64,000 nt of DNA, taken from Myxococcota bacterium (lineage in GTDB: Bacteria; Myxococcota_A; Polyangia; Nannocystales; Nannocystaceae). The notes below the pieces were generated by a model, which saw only the letters and a program-made list of their open reading frames with translations, searched no databases and was not told where the DNA came from. Every line of letters begins with the position of its first letter. The stretch's first letter is position 1. This document shows, one piece after another, positions 28,812 through 39,118 of the stretch. The stretch spans positions 157,153-221,152 of the forward strand of contig JBCCHT010000018.1 of the NCBI GenBank assembly GCA_039028615.1. The letters run 5' to 3'. Made by a program: the position numbers and the translations under genes.

Positions 28812-31800
28812 ATGAATACGATGATTCGAACGAAGAGCGTCCTGCTCGGACTGTGCTTGCTCGCGACGCCGCTGGCGTCTTGCGATCAGTCCGCCGAAGA
28901 ACAGACGCCGTCCGACGGCAACGAAACCGCCACGGGGGCGGCTCAACAGCAAGATCTACCCTGGTCCAACGAAGACGCGGACGTCTACGACGACTTCGAG
29001 CGGGAGGACGGCGAGACGCTGGGCCAGACCCCGGTCGGTGCCTATGCGTGGCGTGCCATGTCCGGTGGCCACGCTCGGTTGGTGCAGGGGCGGCTGTCCT
29101 TCTCCACGCAGCGCGGCGCGGCGACTCTCGAAGGATTCGAGGCCGAAGAACTCGCGCTTTCGCTGGAAGTCGAGGCCGCCGGGTCCGAGTCCACGTGGAC
29201 GGTCGGGTATCGCTCGGACGGCGAGAGTCACTATCGGCTGGTCGGGTCTGGCTCGTCGATTGCCTTGTTCCGTGGCGACGTGCAGATCGGCCGGGCCGAT
29301 GCGGAGCTCGAAGCTGGCGTTCCGGTTCAGCTGCGGTTGGTCGTTCGAGGTTCGACCCATCGCCTGTCCGTCGACGGGGTCGAAGCCCTGCGGGTCGACG
29401 ATGAAGGCGGCCCCGCGCGAGGAGGCATCGAACTCGGGGGCAAGGGCGTTGCCTTCGAAGAGCTGTGGATTGCTGCCTCCGTTCCCGACGACGATCGGTT
29501 GACCGAAGGCGAGGGGCGTACTCGAGGTGCCTCGAGCGCGGGTCCGGGTGCGTTGGCGCCCGGCGGAGGCTCAGATCCGGGAGAGGACGCAGACGATCTG
29601 ACCATCACCCTCGGGGGCGCCGGAGGTGGCGGCGGCGGTGCTGGTGGAGACGGTGGCGCGGGTGGAGACGGCGGTGCGGGTGGGGCAGATCCCAATCCCA
29701 GCACCTCCGACGACGATCCGCTTCGGGCGAGCTCCGCTCCTCCGCTCGACCTCACCGTGCCTACCAACCTGTATCAGCAGGTGCGGTTCTTGTTCGAGGG
29801 TCCCGCGGCGGAGCAGCAGGGGGCGGACCTCGATGTTCTGCAGCCGGCCCGTATCGCCGTGATCCACGGGTGGGTCCGCGATGCATGGGGTAACCCGCTG
29901 TCGGGCGTCGATGTCTGGGCCTTGGGGCATCCCGAGTTCGGTGCGACCGTCACCCGCTCCGACGGGTCGTACGACCTCGTCGTCGCCGGAGGAGCGCCAC
30001 GGTCGGTCGTCCTCTCTCATCCCGGGTTCTTGTCGGCTCAACGTCGCATCACCACCGAGGCGGGGCGGTCGCACCGGGCGGACGATGTCGTCATGTTGGC
30101 GATGGATCCCGAGTCCACGCCGATCTTCTTCACCGATCCCATCGAGTCTCACCACGCGTTCACGCTCAACGACGGCGACCCCGATCGCATGGCGACGGTG
30201 ATGTTCCGCCAGGGCACGCAGGCCACCATGGTCTACGAGGACGGGTCGACCGAGCCCCTTCCCGAGATGACGGTGCGCCTGACGGAGTACACGGTCGGCG
30301 AGGACGGGCCGGCTCGCATGCCGAGCCCGCTGCCTTCGGGCACGATCTACAACTACGCGGTCGAGATCAGCGCGGACGAGGCGGAGGATGCAGGCGCGGT
30401 CAGTGTCGAGCTCGATACACCCGCATCGTTGTACGTCGACAACTTCCTCGGTTGGCCCGTGGGCACGGTGGTTCCCTCGGGGTCGTTCGATCGTGTCGCT
30501 GGCCGTTGGATGAGCGAAGCCGATGGTTTGGTGATGGAGGTCATCGGTGTCGATGGCATGGGGCTCGCAGAGCTCGACCTCAGCGGAGACGGCGTCGCGG
30601 CGACCACCGAGGAGCTTCAGAACTTCGACATCACCGACGACGAACGAGCGGAGCTGGTGTCGATCTACGCCGAGGGGGCGGAGCTATGGCGTGCGCCCAT
30701 CGAGCACTTCACGCCCTTCGATCTCAACCCCTCCGGGGCCGGGAACGGTGTGCCTCCCGACGACGGATTTGGGCCGGATGACGGCGAGGTCTGCGACAGC
30801 TGCCAGGGTCCAGGTTCGATCATCCGCTATGAGAACCGTGAACTCGGTGAGCGCATGCCCATTGCGGGCACCCCCTTCTCACTCGAGTACCGCAGCTCGC
30901 GAAACCGTGGCGCGCCCAACCGCAGCATTCGCATGCAGGTCACCGGCGACGAATTCCCACCGGAAGTGTTGCTGACGGGCCTCCTGGTTCGGGTTGGGGG
31001 CAGAGTCCTGACGAGGTTTAAACCGCCGGCTCCGAATTCGCACATCACGATAAATTGGGATGGGTTCGATGCCTTTGGCCGATCCATGCAAGGGCCACAG
31101 CCGATCGATCTGTGCGTGGGTTGGGCTTTTCCGCCGCCTCCGAGTGTCCTCCTCGAGGCGGACCAAGCGGGTGGAGGCGGCGGAGGCGGCGGAGGCGGCG
31201 GCCAGCCTAGTCTAGATGGGCAGACGTTTGGCAACTACCCGGGGGGCGCATTCGGTACCCACTGGCCCGGTCGACTGAGCATCAACACGCTCACAAAGTG
31301 CTACGGGAACGGAAAAGCCGTTGCGGCCGCCGCAATGGACTCCATCACCAGCGCAGGCAAGTACCGACTCGGCGGTCTCGATGCTCAGACCATTTCCGAT
31401 CGTCTCGGTGGGTGGACACTCGACGTTCACCACACGCTCGCCCAATCGACATCGACGCTCTACCGCGGTGACGGGGTCGAGCGTGAGCTCGCGGACGAAG
31501 CGATCTGGATGGCCTCGCGCTTCGGCGGGAATCGGCTCCTGGACGTTGCCTTGGTAGAAGGCCCCGCTCGCGGCGTTTCCTTCCACAATCCCACCGCGAT
31601 CGCGTCGGATGCCTTGGGCAACGTCTATGTCGCGACGCCCGGCCTCGTGCGCCGCATCGGGACCGATGAGGAGGCCACGATCGTCGCCGGAACTCTGGGC
31701 GATCCCATCTCGGGATTGTACGACGCCACCGATCCCGCAGAGACGGGCTTCGCAGGCGATGGTGGTCCTGCCACGTCGGCCCTGCTGTCCAACGCCATCA

Positions 31801-34800
31801 CGTCTTTGGTCGTCGATAGTGAGGGCGGCATCTACATCGCCGACAACGGCAACGCCCGTGTGCGCTATGTCGATCCCGGTGGAACCATCACCACCGTTGC
31901 GGGGTCGGGCTCGCTCGATCTCAACGATCTCCACGATGGCATGACGGCTACGGGCGGGGATCCGCTCGACGTCTCGATGACGTTGGTGTCGGACCTCGCG
32001 CTCACCCCCGATGAGGATGGACTCCTCATCACCCAGGGCTTTCAGCAGAACGGCCTCGTTCGGCTACTCACCCACGAGGGCGAACTCCTACACATCGCGG
32101 GCGATGCGTTCCCCAGCTTCATCAACCCCGATCTGCTTCGCCCTTCGATCCCGTGCCCGGCCGATGACACGTGTTCGAATGGGTCGGGCAATATCCGCGG
32201 AACGGCGCCGTGGGACTCGATCCCTGGCTTGGGTCAACATCTTGGCTCCTACCTTCATCGGGCCGAGTGGGCGCAGTTCGATCGGGTTCGAGCGGTCGCG
32301 GCCTACGAGGAATCGATCTACGTCGGCGAGGGTGACCGGATCCGGCGTATCGACGGCCTTCGCGGAGGCAACATCTTCGGCTTCCGTCGAGAGTACGACG
32401 TCACGCCTCCTCTGCAGTGCGGGTTTGGCTCGTGTTCCTATCCCGTCAGCACCGACATGGAGGCTGGCAGCTCGGTCGCGGATTTGCTCGCGGGCCCCGA
32501 CGGGGTGTTCTTCGTGAAGGGCCAGGACCTCTATCTCGGCAAGGACGACCTGTCGTCACCTCTCGAACGCATCGTGGGAGGGGCCGAGGCGGATACGCTC
32601 ATGGAGGGAGACGGCGACCTCATGCTCGCGAATCGCCTCCTGATGAGCGCATACACGCAGATCACTCGCGGTCCCGATGGTGCGATCTACGTCGCCGATG
32701 CGGGGCGGAACTTGGTCTATCGGGTCGCGCGCATGGTGCCTCCGATGTACACGTCCTCGCGGGTGCCGAGCGAGGATGGCTCGCAGATCTTCTTCTTCGA
32801 CGAACAAGGTCGTCACCTCGAGACGCGAGATTCCCGGACCAACCAGCTCGTCTGGTCCTTCGGATACGACGAAAACGGTTTCCTCACGGGGGTGACCGAT
32901 CGTTTCTCCGCGACGACGGTGATTCATCGCGATGGCTCGGGGCGTGCGACGTCGATCGAGAGCCCGGACCATCAAGTGACGTCGCTCGACTACGATGGCC
33001 ATGGCTACCTCTCGGACATCACCGATCCTTCCGGCGCCCTGACCGAGTTCGAGTACACGAACGAAGGGCTGATGACGTTGATGACGGATTCGGACTCTCG
33101 GTCCGAGTTCGACTACGACGAGAGGGGGGCGCTCGATATCGATGACCTGGTGATCTCCTATCAGGGCGCCGAGGAAAGCACGGCGACTCAAACGCTCGTG
33201 CGCAACGACATCGATCCTCGCACGGTCGAGATCACCCATACCTCTGCGGAGCAGGCCGTCACGGTCTTTCGCAGGCACCGGTCCGGTGGTTCGGTCATGG
33301 AGCGCGAGATCACGTGGCCCGACGGGACGCAGAACATCGGATACGAGTCACCGACTCGAGAAACCTTCGAGTATCCCGATGGCCGAACCATGACCACGAT
33401 GTTCGAGCCTGACTTGCGAATCGGCGAGAATACCCGGGTTCCGGTGAGGGCGACGGCCGAGAACGCGGACGGCACCAGCGTCACCACGCTGTTCGACCGG
33501 CAGTTCTCACCGCACTGTTCGATCTTCACCGAAGACTGCGATCCGGATGCGGACTCGCACTTGGATGCCGACGAGGTCGTCCGGACCGCGACCATCGCCG
33601 GCCGATCCTGGACCGAGACCTATCACCGTCGCCATACGGAAGGCGGTGTCGAGGTTCCGGGGACGTTGACCACCACGACGCCCGAGGGCCGTCAAACGAC
33701 GGCGACTTACTACGAGTCGGGTCTCGTGCACGAAACGTTGGTGCCCGGCATCGCGCCCATCGTCTTCGACTACGACGCGCGCGGGCGCTTGGTCTCGACC
33801 TCGCAGACCGATGGCATCAGTACGAGACAGACGACCTACGCCTACGACGACGATGGCTTCATCGAGTCGGTGACGACTCCGTTGGGGCAGACTTCGTACG
33901 TCTACGACGACGTGGGGCGCGTGACTCGGCAGACCCTTCCCAGCGGTCAGTTCGTCGAGTTCGGCTACGACGATGACGGGAACCGGATCTCGCTACTGCC
34001 TCCGGGGCGTCCGGCTCACACCTTCACTCATGACTCCGCGGACCGAACCCGGAGCTACACCCCACCCGTCGTGCCTCCGTTGGTGCAGCCGGAGTCGGAG
34101 TATGCGTACAACGGGCATCACGATCCGACGATGGAGTCGTACGCCGACGGCGAGACCATTCAGCAACTCTACGAGCCAACGACGGGTCTCCTGGACATCA
34201 TCGCGACTCCCGACGGCAACTACGACTACAGCTACGAGCCGTCCACGGGGCAGCTGTCCAGCATCGAGGACCCGCAAGGAGGCGTGCTCTCGTATGCGTA
34301 CTCGGGGATCTTGCTCGAGGAGGAAGCGCTGACGGGGCCGGTCTCCGGGGCTGTCTCGTGGACCCACGACTCTCGGATGCGAACGGCAACGGAGAGCGTC
34401 AACGGCTCACACACGGTCGTGCTCGGCTACGATCTCGACGATGGGCTGACCTCGGTCGGAGAGTTGGCGATCACCAAGGACCCCCTCAACGGCCGAATCG
34501 ACGGGACGACCGTGGGAGGAGTCGTTGGTAGCCACTCCAGGAACGGTCTTGGAGAGGTCTCCGTCGAGACGTACTCCTTCGGCGGCAACGACCTGTACGA
34601 GATCGAGTTGATCCGCGACGACGTCGGGAGGGTTCAGACCAAGATCGAGGTGCGCAACGGCGTCACGTCGATGCGGTGCTACGAGTACGACAACTCGAGC
34701 CGACTGACGGACGTCTACGATGGTGCGGATGCGTTCGGCTGCGTCGGCAACCTCGTCGAGCACTACGGCTACGACGCCAACGGCAACCGCAACGAGGTAT

Positions 34801-35966
34801 TCAACGACGAAGTCGACATCTCGTCGGCCGAGATCGTCGTCGACGATCAAGACCGCCTTCGACAGTACGGAGGGGTCCTGTTCGGGTATGCCGACGACGG
34901 CAAGATCTCTCTGCGGCAAGAGGGTGGTGCGGTCGTCGACTACGACTACGATGCGATGGGCAGCCTTCGCAGCGTCGATTCGGGCACTCAGCAGATCGAG
35001 TACGTCTACGACGCGCGAGGTCGACGCGTGGGCAAGCGAGTCGACGGGGTCCTGGAGCAGGGCTTCGTGTACGGCAACCAGCTCCAGCCGATCGCGGAAC
35101 TCGATGGGGCGGGCAATGTCGTGTCGAGGTTCGTGTACGGAACCCGTACCAATGTGCCCGACTACATGGTCGACGTTGCGACCGGTGATACGTATCGCAT
35201 CATCTCGGACCACCTCGGCAGCGTCGTCATGGTGGTCGACGTGTCCGATGGAACCGTCGCTCAGGAGCTGACCTACGATAGCTGGGGGCGGGTCCTGACC
35301 AACGAAAATGAAGGCTTTCAGCCCTTCGGGTTTGCGGGTGGCCTCTATGACTACGATACGGAGTGGGTGCAGTTCGGCGCTCGCGACTACCGCCCGGACG
35401 TAGGCGCATGGGCGGCCAAGGATCCGTTGGGCTTCGATGCGGGCGATACGAACTTGTATAGCTACACGTCGGGGGATCCGGTGAACCACATCGATCCCAC
35501 GGGTTGGATCCGGACGACATGCACGGGACGCATCGAGTGTACGGCCGGGTATACCGGGGCTGCGGGCGCAGCTGCGGGCTTCGCTGCGGGTATGGCTCCT
35601 GCTGTGCAAAGAGGTGCACCCGCGCTCTCTTCGGCGTGCAAGCAGGTCTCTCGGTATGGCCGTGTCCTCTATCATGGTGGGCCAAAAGGTGCTCGACAAG
35701 CAATGCAACTCGCGAAGGACATCGGAGGTGCTACGTTGGACATGACGCCAGAAGCGCAAGCTCTACACTCCCTCGCATCGCCAGCGACTCGAGCCGTACT
35801 ACAACCGTTTTGGAACGGACTGTCATTGGGTTGGGCTCGAGGCGCACTGGGCCCCGTACATGCACTGATCCCGCGAGCGGGTGTGGCCCCGGGGTCCATC
35901 TTTGCCGGAATCGAACTGCCGGCGGTCCTCCGACAGGGTAACCAGATCTTCTGGTACTTCTACTAG
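28812..35966 (+). CDS. Teneurin-like Rhs/YD-repeat lipoprotein with C-terminal toxin tip
   Basis: Lipobox LASC; TTR-like domain (VIHGWVRD…TRSDGSYDLVVAGG); FN-plug (IAGTPFSLEYRSSR, LGGWTLDVHH…LYRGDG); NHL repeats (GFAGDGGPATSA); YD repeats; Rhs core …KDPLGFDAGDTNLYSY…DPVNHIDPTGW. Confidence 0.92.
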   Translation: MNTMIRTKSVLLGLCLLATPLASCDQSAEEQTPSDGNETATGAAQQQDLPWSNEDADVYDDFEREDGETLGQTPVGAYAWRAMSGGHARLVQGRLSFSTQRGAATLEGFEAEELALSLEVEAAGSESTWTVGYRSDGESHYRLVGSGSSIALFRGDVQIGRADAELEAGVPVQLRLVVRGSTHRLSVDGVEALRVDDEGGPARGGIELGGKGVAFEELWIAASVPDDDRLTEGEGRTRGASSAGPGALAPGGGSDPGEDADDLTITLGGAGGGGGGAGGDGGAGGDGGAGGADPNPSTSDDDPLRASSAPPLDLTVPTNLYQQVRFLFEGPAAEQQGADLDVLQPARIAVIHGWVRDAWGNPLSGVDVWALGHPEFGATVTRSDGSYDLVVAGGAPRSVVLSHPGFLSAQRRITTEAGRSHRADDVVMLAMDPESTPIFFTDPIESHHAFTLNDGDPDRMATVMFRQGTQATMVYEDGSTEPLPEMTVRLTEYTVGEDGPARMPSPLPSGTIYNYAVEISADEAEDAGAVSVELDTPASLYVDNFLGWPVGTVVPSGSFDRVAGRWMSEADGLVMEVIGVDGMGLAELDLSGDGVAATTEELQNFDITDDERAELVSIYAEGAELWRAPIEHFTPFDLNPSGAGNGVPPDDGFGPDDGEVCDSCQGPGSIIRYENRELGERMPIAGTPFSLEYRSSRNRGAPNRSIRMQVTGDEFPPEVLLTGLLVRVGGRVLTRFKPPAPNSHITINWDGFDAFGRSMQGPQPIDLCVGWAFPPPPSVLLEADQAGGGGGGGGGGGQPSLDGQTFGNYPGGAFGTHWPGRLSINTLTKCYGNGKAVAAAAMDSITSAGKYRLGGLDAQTISDRLGGWTLDVHHTLAQSTSTLYRGDGVERELADEAIWMASRFGGNRLLDVALVEGPARGVSFHNPTAIASDALGNVYVATPGLVRRIGTDEEATIVAGTLGDPISGLYDATDPAETGFAGDGGPATSALLSNAITSLVVDSEGGIYIADNGNARVRYVDPGGTITTVAGSGSLDLNDLHDGMTATGGDPLDVSMTLVSDLALTPDEDGLLITQGFQQNGLVRLLTHEGELLHIAGDAFPSFINPDLLRPSIPCPADDTCSNGSGNIRGTAPWDSIPGLGQHLGSYLHRAEWAQFDRVRAVAAYEESIYVGEGDRIRRIDGLRGGNIFGFRREYDVTPPLQCGFGSCSYPVSTDMEAGSSVADLLAGPDGVFFVKGQDLYLGKDDLSSPLERIVGGAEADTLMEGDGDLMLANRLLMSAYTQITRGPDGAIYVADAGRNLVYRVARMVPPMYTSSRVPSEDGSQIFFFDEQGRHLETRDSRTNQLVWSFGYDENGFLTGVTDRFSATTVIHRDGSGRATSIESPDHQVTSLDYDGHGYLSDITDPSGALTEFEYTNEGLMTLMTDSDSRSEFDYDERGALDIDDLVISYQGAEESTATQTLVRNDIDPRTVEITHTSAEQAVTVFRRHRSGGSVMEREITWPDGTQNIGYESPTRETFEYPDGRTMTTMFEPDLRIGENTRVPVRATAENADGTSVTTLFDRQFSPHCSIFTEDCDPDADSHLDADEVVRTATIAGRSWTETYHRRHTEGGVEVPGTLTTTTPEGRQTTATYYESGLVHETLVPGIAPIVFDYDARGRLVSTSQTDGISTRQTTYAYDDDGFIESVTTPLGQTSYVYDDVGRVTRQTLPSGQFVEFGYDDDGNRISLLPPGRPAHTFTHDSADRTRSYTPPVVPPLVQPESEYAYNGHHDPTMESYADGETIQQLYEPTTGLLDIIATPDGNYDYSYEPSTGQLSSIEDPQGGVLSYAYSGILLEEEALTGPVSGAVSWTHDSRMRTATESVNGSHTVVLGYDLDDGLTSVGELAITKDPLNGRIDGTTVGGVVGSHSRNGLGEVSVETYSFGGNDLYEIELIRDDVGRVQTKIEVRNGVTSMRCYEYDNSSRLTDVYDGADAFGCVGNLVEHYGYDANGNRNEVFNDEVDISSAEIVVDDQDRLRQYGGVLFGYADDGKISLRQEGGAVVDYDYDAMGSLRSVDSGTQQIEYVYDARGRRVGKRVDGVLEQGFVYGNQLQPIAELDGAGNVVSRFVYGTRTNVPDYMVDVATGDTYRIISDHLGSVVMVVDVSDGTVAQELTYDSWGRVLTNENEGFQPFGFAGGLYDYDTEWVQFGARDYRPDVGAWAAKDPLGFDAGDTNLYSYTSGDPVNHIDPTGWIRTTCTGRIECTAGYTGAAGAAAGFAAGMAPAVQRGAPALSSACKQVSRYGRVLYHGGPKGARQAMQLAKDIGGATLDMTPEAQALHSLASPATRAVLQPFWNGLSLGWARGALGPVHALIPRAGVAPGSIFAGIELPAVLRQGNQIFWYFY

Positions 35967-36093
35967 GAGATTGGATCTGAGCAGGTAGAGCACCGTAACC
36001 ACCCGACTGCTCTACCGCGACTTCACCGAGTCGATGGAGGCCTTTCGGCCTCCATCGGCTCGTTCAATTTCGGAACGCACCCGAAGTCGCCGT

Positions 36094-36888
36094 CTACGAC
36101 GCCCCCGCGCGACGCTCGATCGCCTCCACCCGCCACAAGAGCCCAGGCCATCGCGACAGCAATTCCACCCGCCGCTCCACCGCAACCCCTTCCCCCCGCA
36201 CCACCGCGAGCTCATACCCCAACATCGCCGCCTCCGCTTCCCGCGGCCCGGTGAACCCGACGAGCGCCTCAGCATCCAGACTCCCGAGCGCATCACCCCC
36301 TCGCGCCGCGGCCCGCATCACATCGAACAACCGCAACGCCCGTCGCGCGAAGTCCCCGAGCCCCTCCGCCCGCGACGACCCCTCGCCCTCGAGCCACGCC
36401 CGCGACCAGCTCCGCTCCCGCCGTATCGCCCGCAACAGCTCGCGCTGCTCGAGCCCCGGATCCGCCACCTGAAACCAAGCCTCCGCCATCATGGGCCGCG
36501 CCGGATCATCGAAGCTCACCCGCATGCGCACCGGCCCGATGGGCAGCGTGCCGAGCCAATGGCCGATCTCGAAGAATTCCCGCCGCGACTGCCCGGGTGC
36601 GAGCGAACCGACCCACGGCATGTCCCCGCGTGGCACGGGGCGCAGGCTCAGGGCGGGAAGTACGGCGTCGCCCTTGAAGACTTCGATGCAAAAGGGGCCG
36701 GGCCGTTCGCGTCGGCGCAGGGGCGGAAGGTTGTAGGTGGCGCCGCCGCGGCAGGTGAGGACGAGGGCGAGCCAGAAGGGACCGTCGGAGACGACCACGG
36801 GATCGACCTCGAGGTGGAGCTCGAGGGTCGAAGGAGAGAGGGTCAGCCGGGGCTCGTCGAGGTCGACGGGTTGCGCTTGCTCTACCAT
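36094..36888 (-). CDS. Hypothetical protein, candidate partner/immunity protein of the upstream metalloprotease
   Basis: ATG at 36888 overlaps the last codons of the upstream gene (coupled); no signal peptide. Confidence 0.6.
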   Translation of the reverse strand: MVEQAQPVDLDEPRLTLSPSTLELHLEVDPVVVSDGPFWLALVLTCRGGATYNLPPLRRRERPGPFCIEVFKGDAVLPALSLRPVPRGDMPWVGSLAPGQSRREFFEIGHWLGTLPIGPVRMRVSFDDPARPMMAEAWFQVADPGLEQRELLRAIRRERSWSRAWLEGEGSSRAEGLGDFARRALRLFDVMRAAARGGDALGSLDAEALVGFTGPREAEAAMLGYELAVVRGEGVAVERRVELLSRWPGLLWRVEAIERRAGAS

Positions 36889-38948
36889 GTCCACATCGCG
36901 GGGTTGTCTTCGAGGCAGGTGCGCCTCAGGGTGTCGATGTGCCGCGGGCACAGGTGGGCGCTGCGTTGGCCGGGGGCGAATGGGCGAACGCGGCGAGTGC
37001 CGGGCCGATACAGCCAGTTCATCTGGTAGCTCATGGCGCAGGCGGTGTCGGAGCCTTCGTTGGCGGCGTAGCCACATTGGTGCGGGATGCCGAATCCATG
37101 GGTGAGCTCGTGCACCATCGTGTGCAGGGCTTCGTCTTCGCTGTAGGCACGGTCGTCGCCCGTCGTGTAGTGGGTAAAGACGAGGGCACGGCCGGCGAAG
37201 TAGTCGTCGTTGTCCGGCGCTGCAGTGGAGAGGCCCGCGAAGGCGATGTCGGAGGCACCGGCCCCGATTCGTGCCTCGACCCGACGCGTAAAGCCCATGC
37301 CGCCCTGAAGCAGTCGGGGTCCGTCCTGGTCGCGGTGAAACCGGGGGTAGTAGTCGACGACGGGCCCGTGCCGATCGTTGCGACCGTCGTTGGGGACGAA
37401 ATCGGAGTAGTAGCTGGTGCCGGCGAGCACGAGGCTGGTCTTCCCCCGCGAGGGCCAGTTCTCGTAGGCGCTCTCGATCCGGTAAAAGCCGCTGCGAGTG
37501 CCGTCCCCGGGCACTCGAATCTTCACGCCCGTGGGAAAGTCGCGACCGGAGCCGATGGGGGTGTCGACGACCAGCACGTCGATTTGCCGTCCGCGCCCGT
37601 CATCGGTCAGGCGCATGACGGCGGGCCCGAACGTGTCCTGCTCGGCGGGCCACACCTGTCGGAAGGGGTTGTCGGAGGCGTGGCTGGTGAGCTTGTCGGC
37701 CGAGGACAAGAAAAACCACCCTCGCTGCCCGTGGTGTCGGAAGCGGTCTTGGACGTACGCGTCGGCATCGGGCTGATAGTCGGCGGCGCTGGTGATGTGC
37801 TCCTGCTGGGGCGACTCGATGGGATCGGTGAAGTCCATCTGCACGTGCGCCGTCTCGAAGATCGGCACGGCTCGCGCTACGGGCAACGAGGGCATGCCGA
37901 TCATCTCGTGGTACTCGACGTCGATGCGCTTCCACATGGTCATGATCCCGGTGCGAACGGGGGCGCTCCCGGTGGCGGAGGCGTGCGGCACGAGCTCGAC
38001 GCGTACGCGGTAGTTGTCGCCGCCAGCGTTGGTGCAGTGCAGGCGCGCGGTGGTGAGGCCGTCGACGACCTGAGTCCGGCACTCGCGGGCGTCGGCGCCG
38101 GGGCTCAGCGCGTGATCGATCTGCTCCCAGGCGGCGTCGCGACCCGAGGCGGGCGAGGGAAAGTCGCAGGAGCCACGGTTGTCCTGCATCAGTGGGCTTC
38201 GGTTGTCGTCCGGCTCGATCTCGTGTTCGGCACCGTTGCGCATGAGCGGCCGGCACGGGCCGGGGTCCTCCCACGTCCACTGCAGCTCGAGCCCGGCGGG
38301 GAGTTCTTCGCCCTCGCGGGCGGCGGTGACGGCCACGTGGATCTCGACGTACTGCGTGTCGCGCTCGCGGGCGTCGGCCCAGGGCGCGCTGGCGTCGGGC
38401 CGCGGCCGATGGTTGACGAAGATCCGGCCGAGGTCGTCGGCGGAGGTGTAGCCCGGCTCGTAGCCGCATCCGATCCGGTGGTTTTCGTCGCCGCGGGTGC
38501 CGTCGTCGAAGCCCGGTCGGTAGAGCCCGCGGATCTCGGTGATCTCGAGCCGGACCCGCACCTCGGTGGGCGCTTCGTCTTCTTCGCTCTCGGTGACGAG
38601 CGGCTCGGCGAGGTCGGTGAGGGGGACGGCGTCGACCTCGAAGGTGTCGGCGATGGGTCGCTCGGCGCGGTGCCGCCACAGGGTGAAGGGGCTGCCGTCG
38701 TCGGCCTCCAGCCACTGGGTGAGTCGCCCCAGGGCATCGTCGCCCTCGGCTCCGAGGTGCCGACTCCGCGGGGCCTCTTCGGCCAAAAAGCGCGCGAGCG
38801 CGCTCTCGTCGAGGGAGCAGCGGCGGATGACCCAGGCCGCGACCTTGCCCCGCATGGGCTCGAGGGCGTCGGCGGAGGGCGGCGTGTGTCCGGTGGGCGC
38901 GAGCAGGCAGCCGTAGCCGAAGGGATCGCGAACGTAGAAGGCGTTCAT
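36882..38948 (-). CDS. Metzincin-type zinc metalloprotease domain protein
   Basis: HELTHGFGIPH (HExxHxxGxxH) followed by a CAMSY Met-turn at the C-terminus; no signal peptide. Confidence 0.8.
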   Translation of the reverse strand: MNAFYVRDPFGYGCLLAPTGHTPPSADALEPMRGKVAAWVIRRCSLDESALARFLAEEAPRSRHLGAEGDDALGRLTQWLEADDGSPFTLWRHRAERPIADTFEVDAVPLTDLAEPLVTESEEDEAPTEVRVRLEITEIRGLYRPGFDDGTRGDENHRIGCGYEPGYTSADDLGRIFVNHRPRPDASAPWADARERDTQYVEIHVAVTAAREGEELPAGLELQWTWEDPGPCRPLMRNGAEHEIEPDDNRSPLMQDNRGSCDFPSPASGRDAAWEQIDHALSPGADARECRTQVVDGLTTARLHCTNAGGDNYRVRVELVPHASATGSAPVRTGIMTMWKRIDVEYHEMIGMPSLPVARAVPIFETAHVQMDFTDPIESPQQEHITSAADYQPDADAYVQDRFRHHGQRGWFFLSSADKLTSHASDNPFRQVWPAEQDTFGPAVMRLTDDGRGRQIDVLVVDTPIGSGRDFPTGVKIRVPGDGTRSGFYRIESAYENWPSRGKTSLVLAGTSYYSDFVPNDGRNDRHGPVVDYYPRFHRDQDGPRLLQGGMGFTRRVEARIGAGASDIAFAGLSTAAPDNDDYFAGRALVFTHYTTGDDRAYSEDEALHTMVHELTHGFGIPHQCGYAANEGSDTACAMSYQMNWLYRPGTRRVRPFAPGQRSAHLCPRHIDTLRRTCLEDNPAMWTW

Positions 38949-39118
38949 GGCGGCGAAGACACCGCGCCCACGGTGGGGCGGGCTGGGCAGCACCGAAGTG
39001 CAGCAACCCCCCCGAAACGTTGCAGCCCGAGGCGAAAAAAATCGGCCTCGGGCTGGCTTTCGGCGCGCGTCGATCGCGGCCTGGGGCTACGTCCGCGCGG
39101 AACGCAGCCTGTCGTCGG

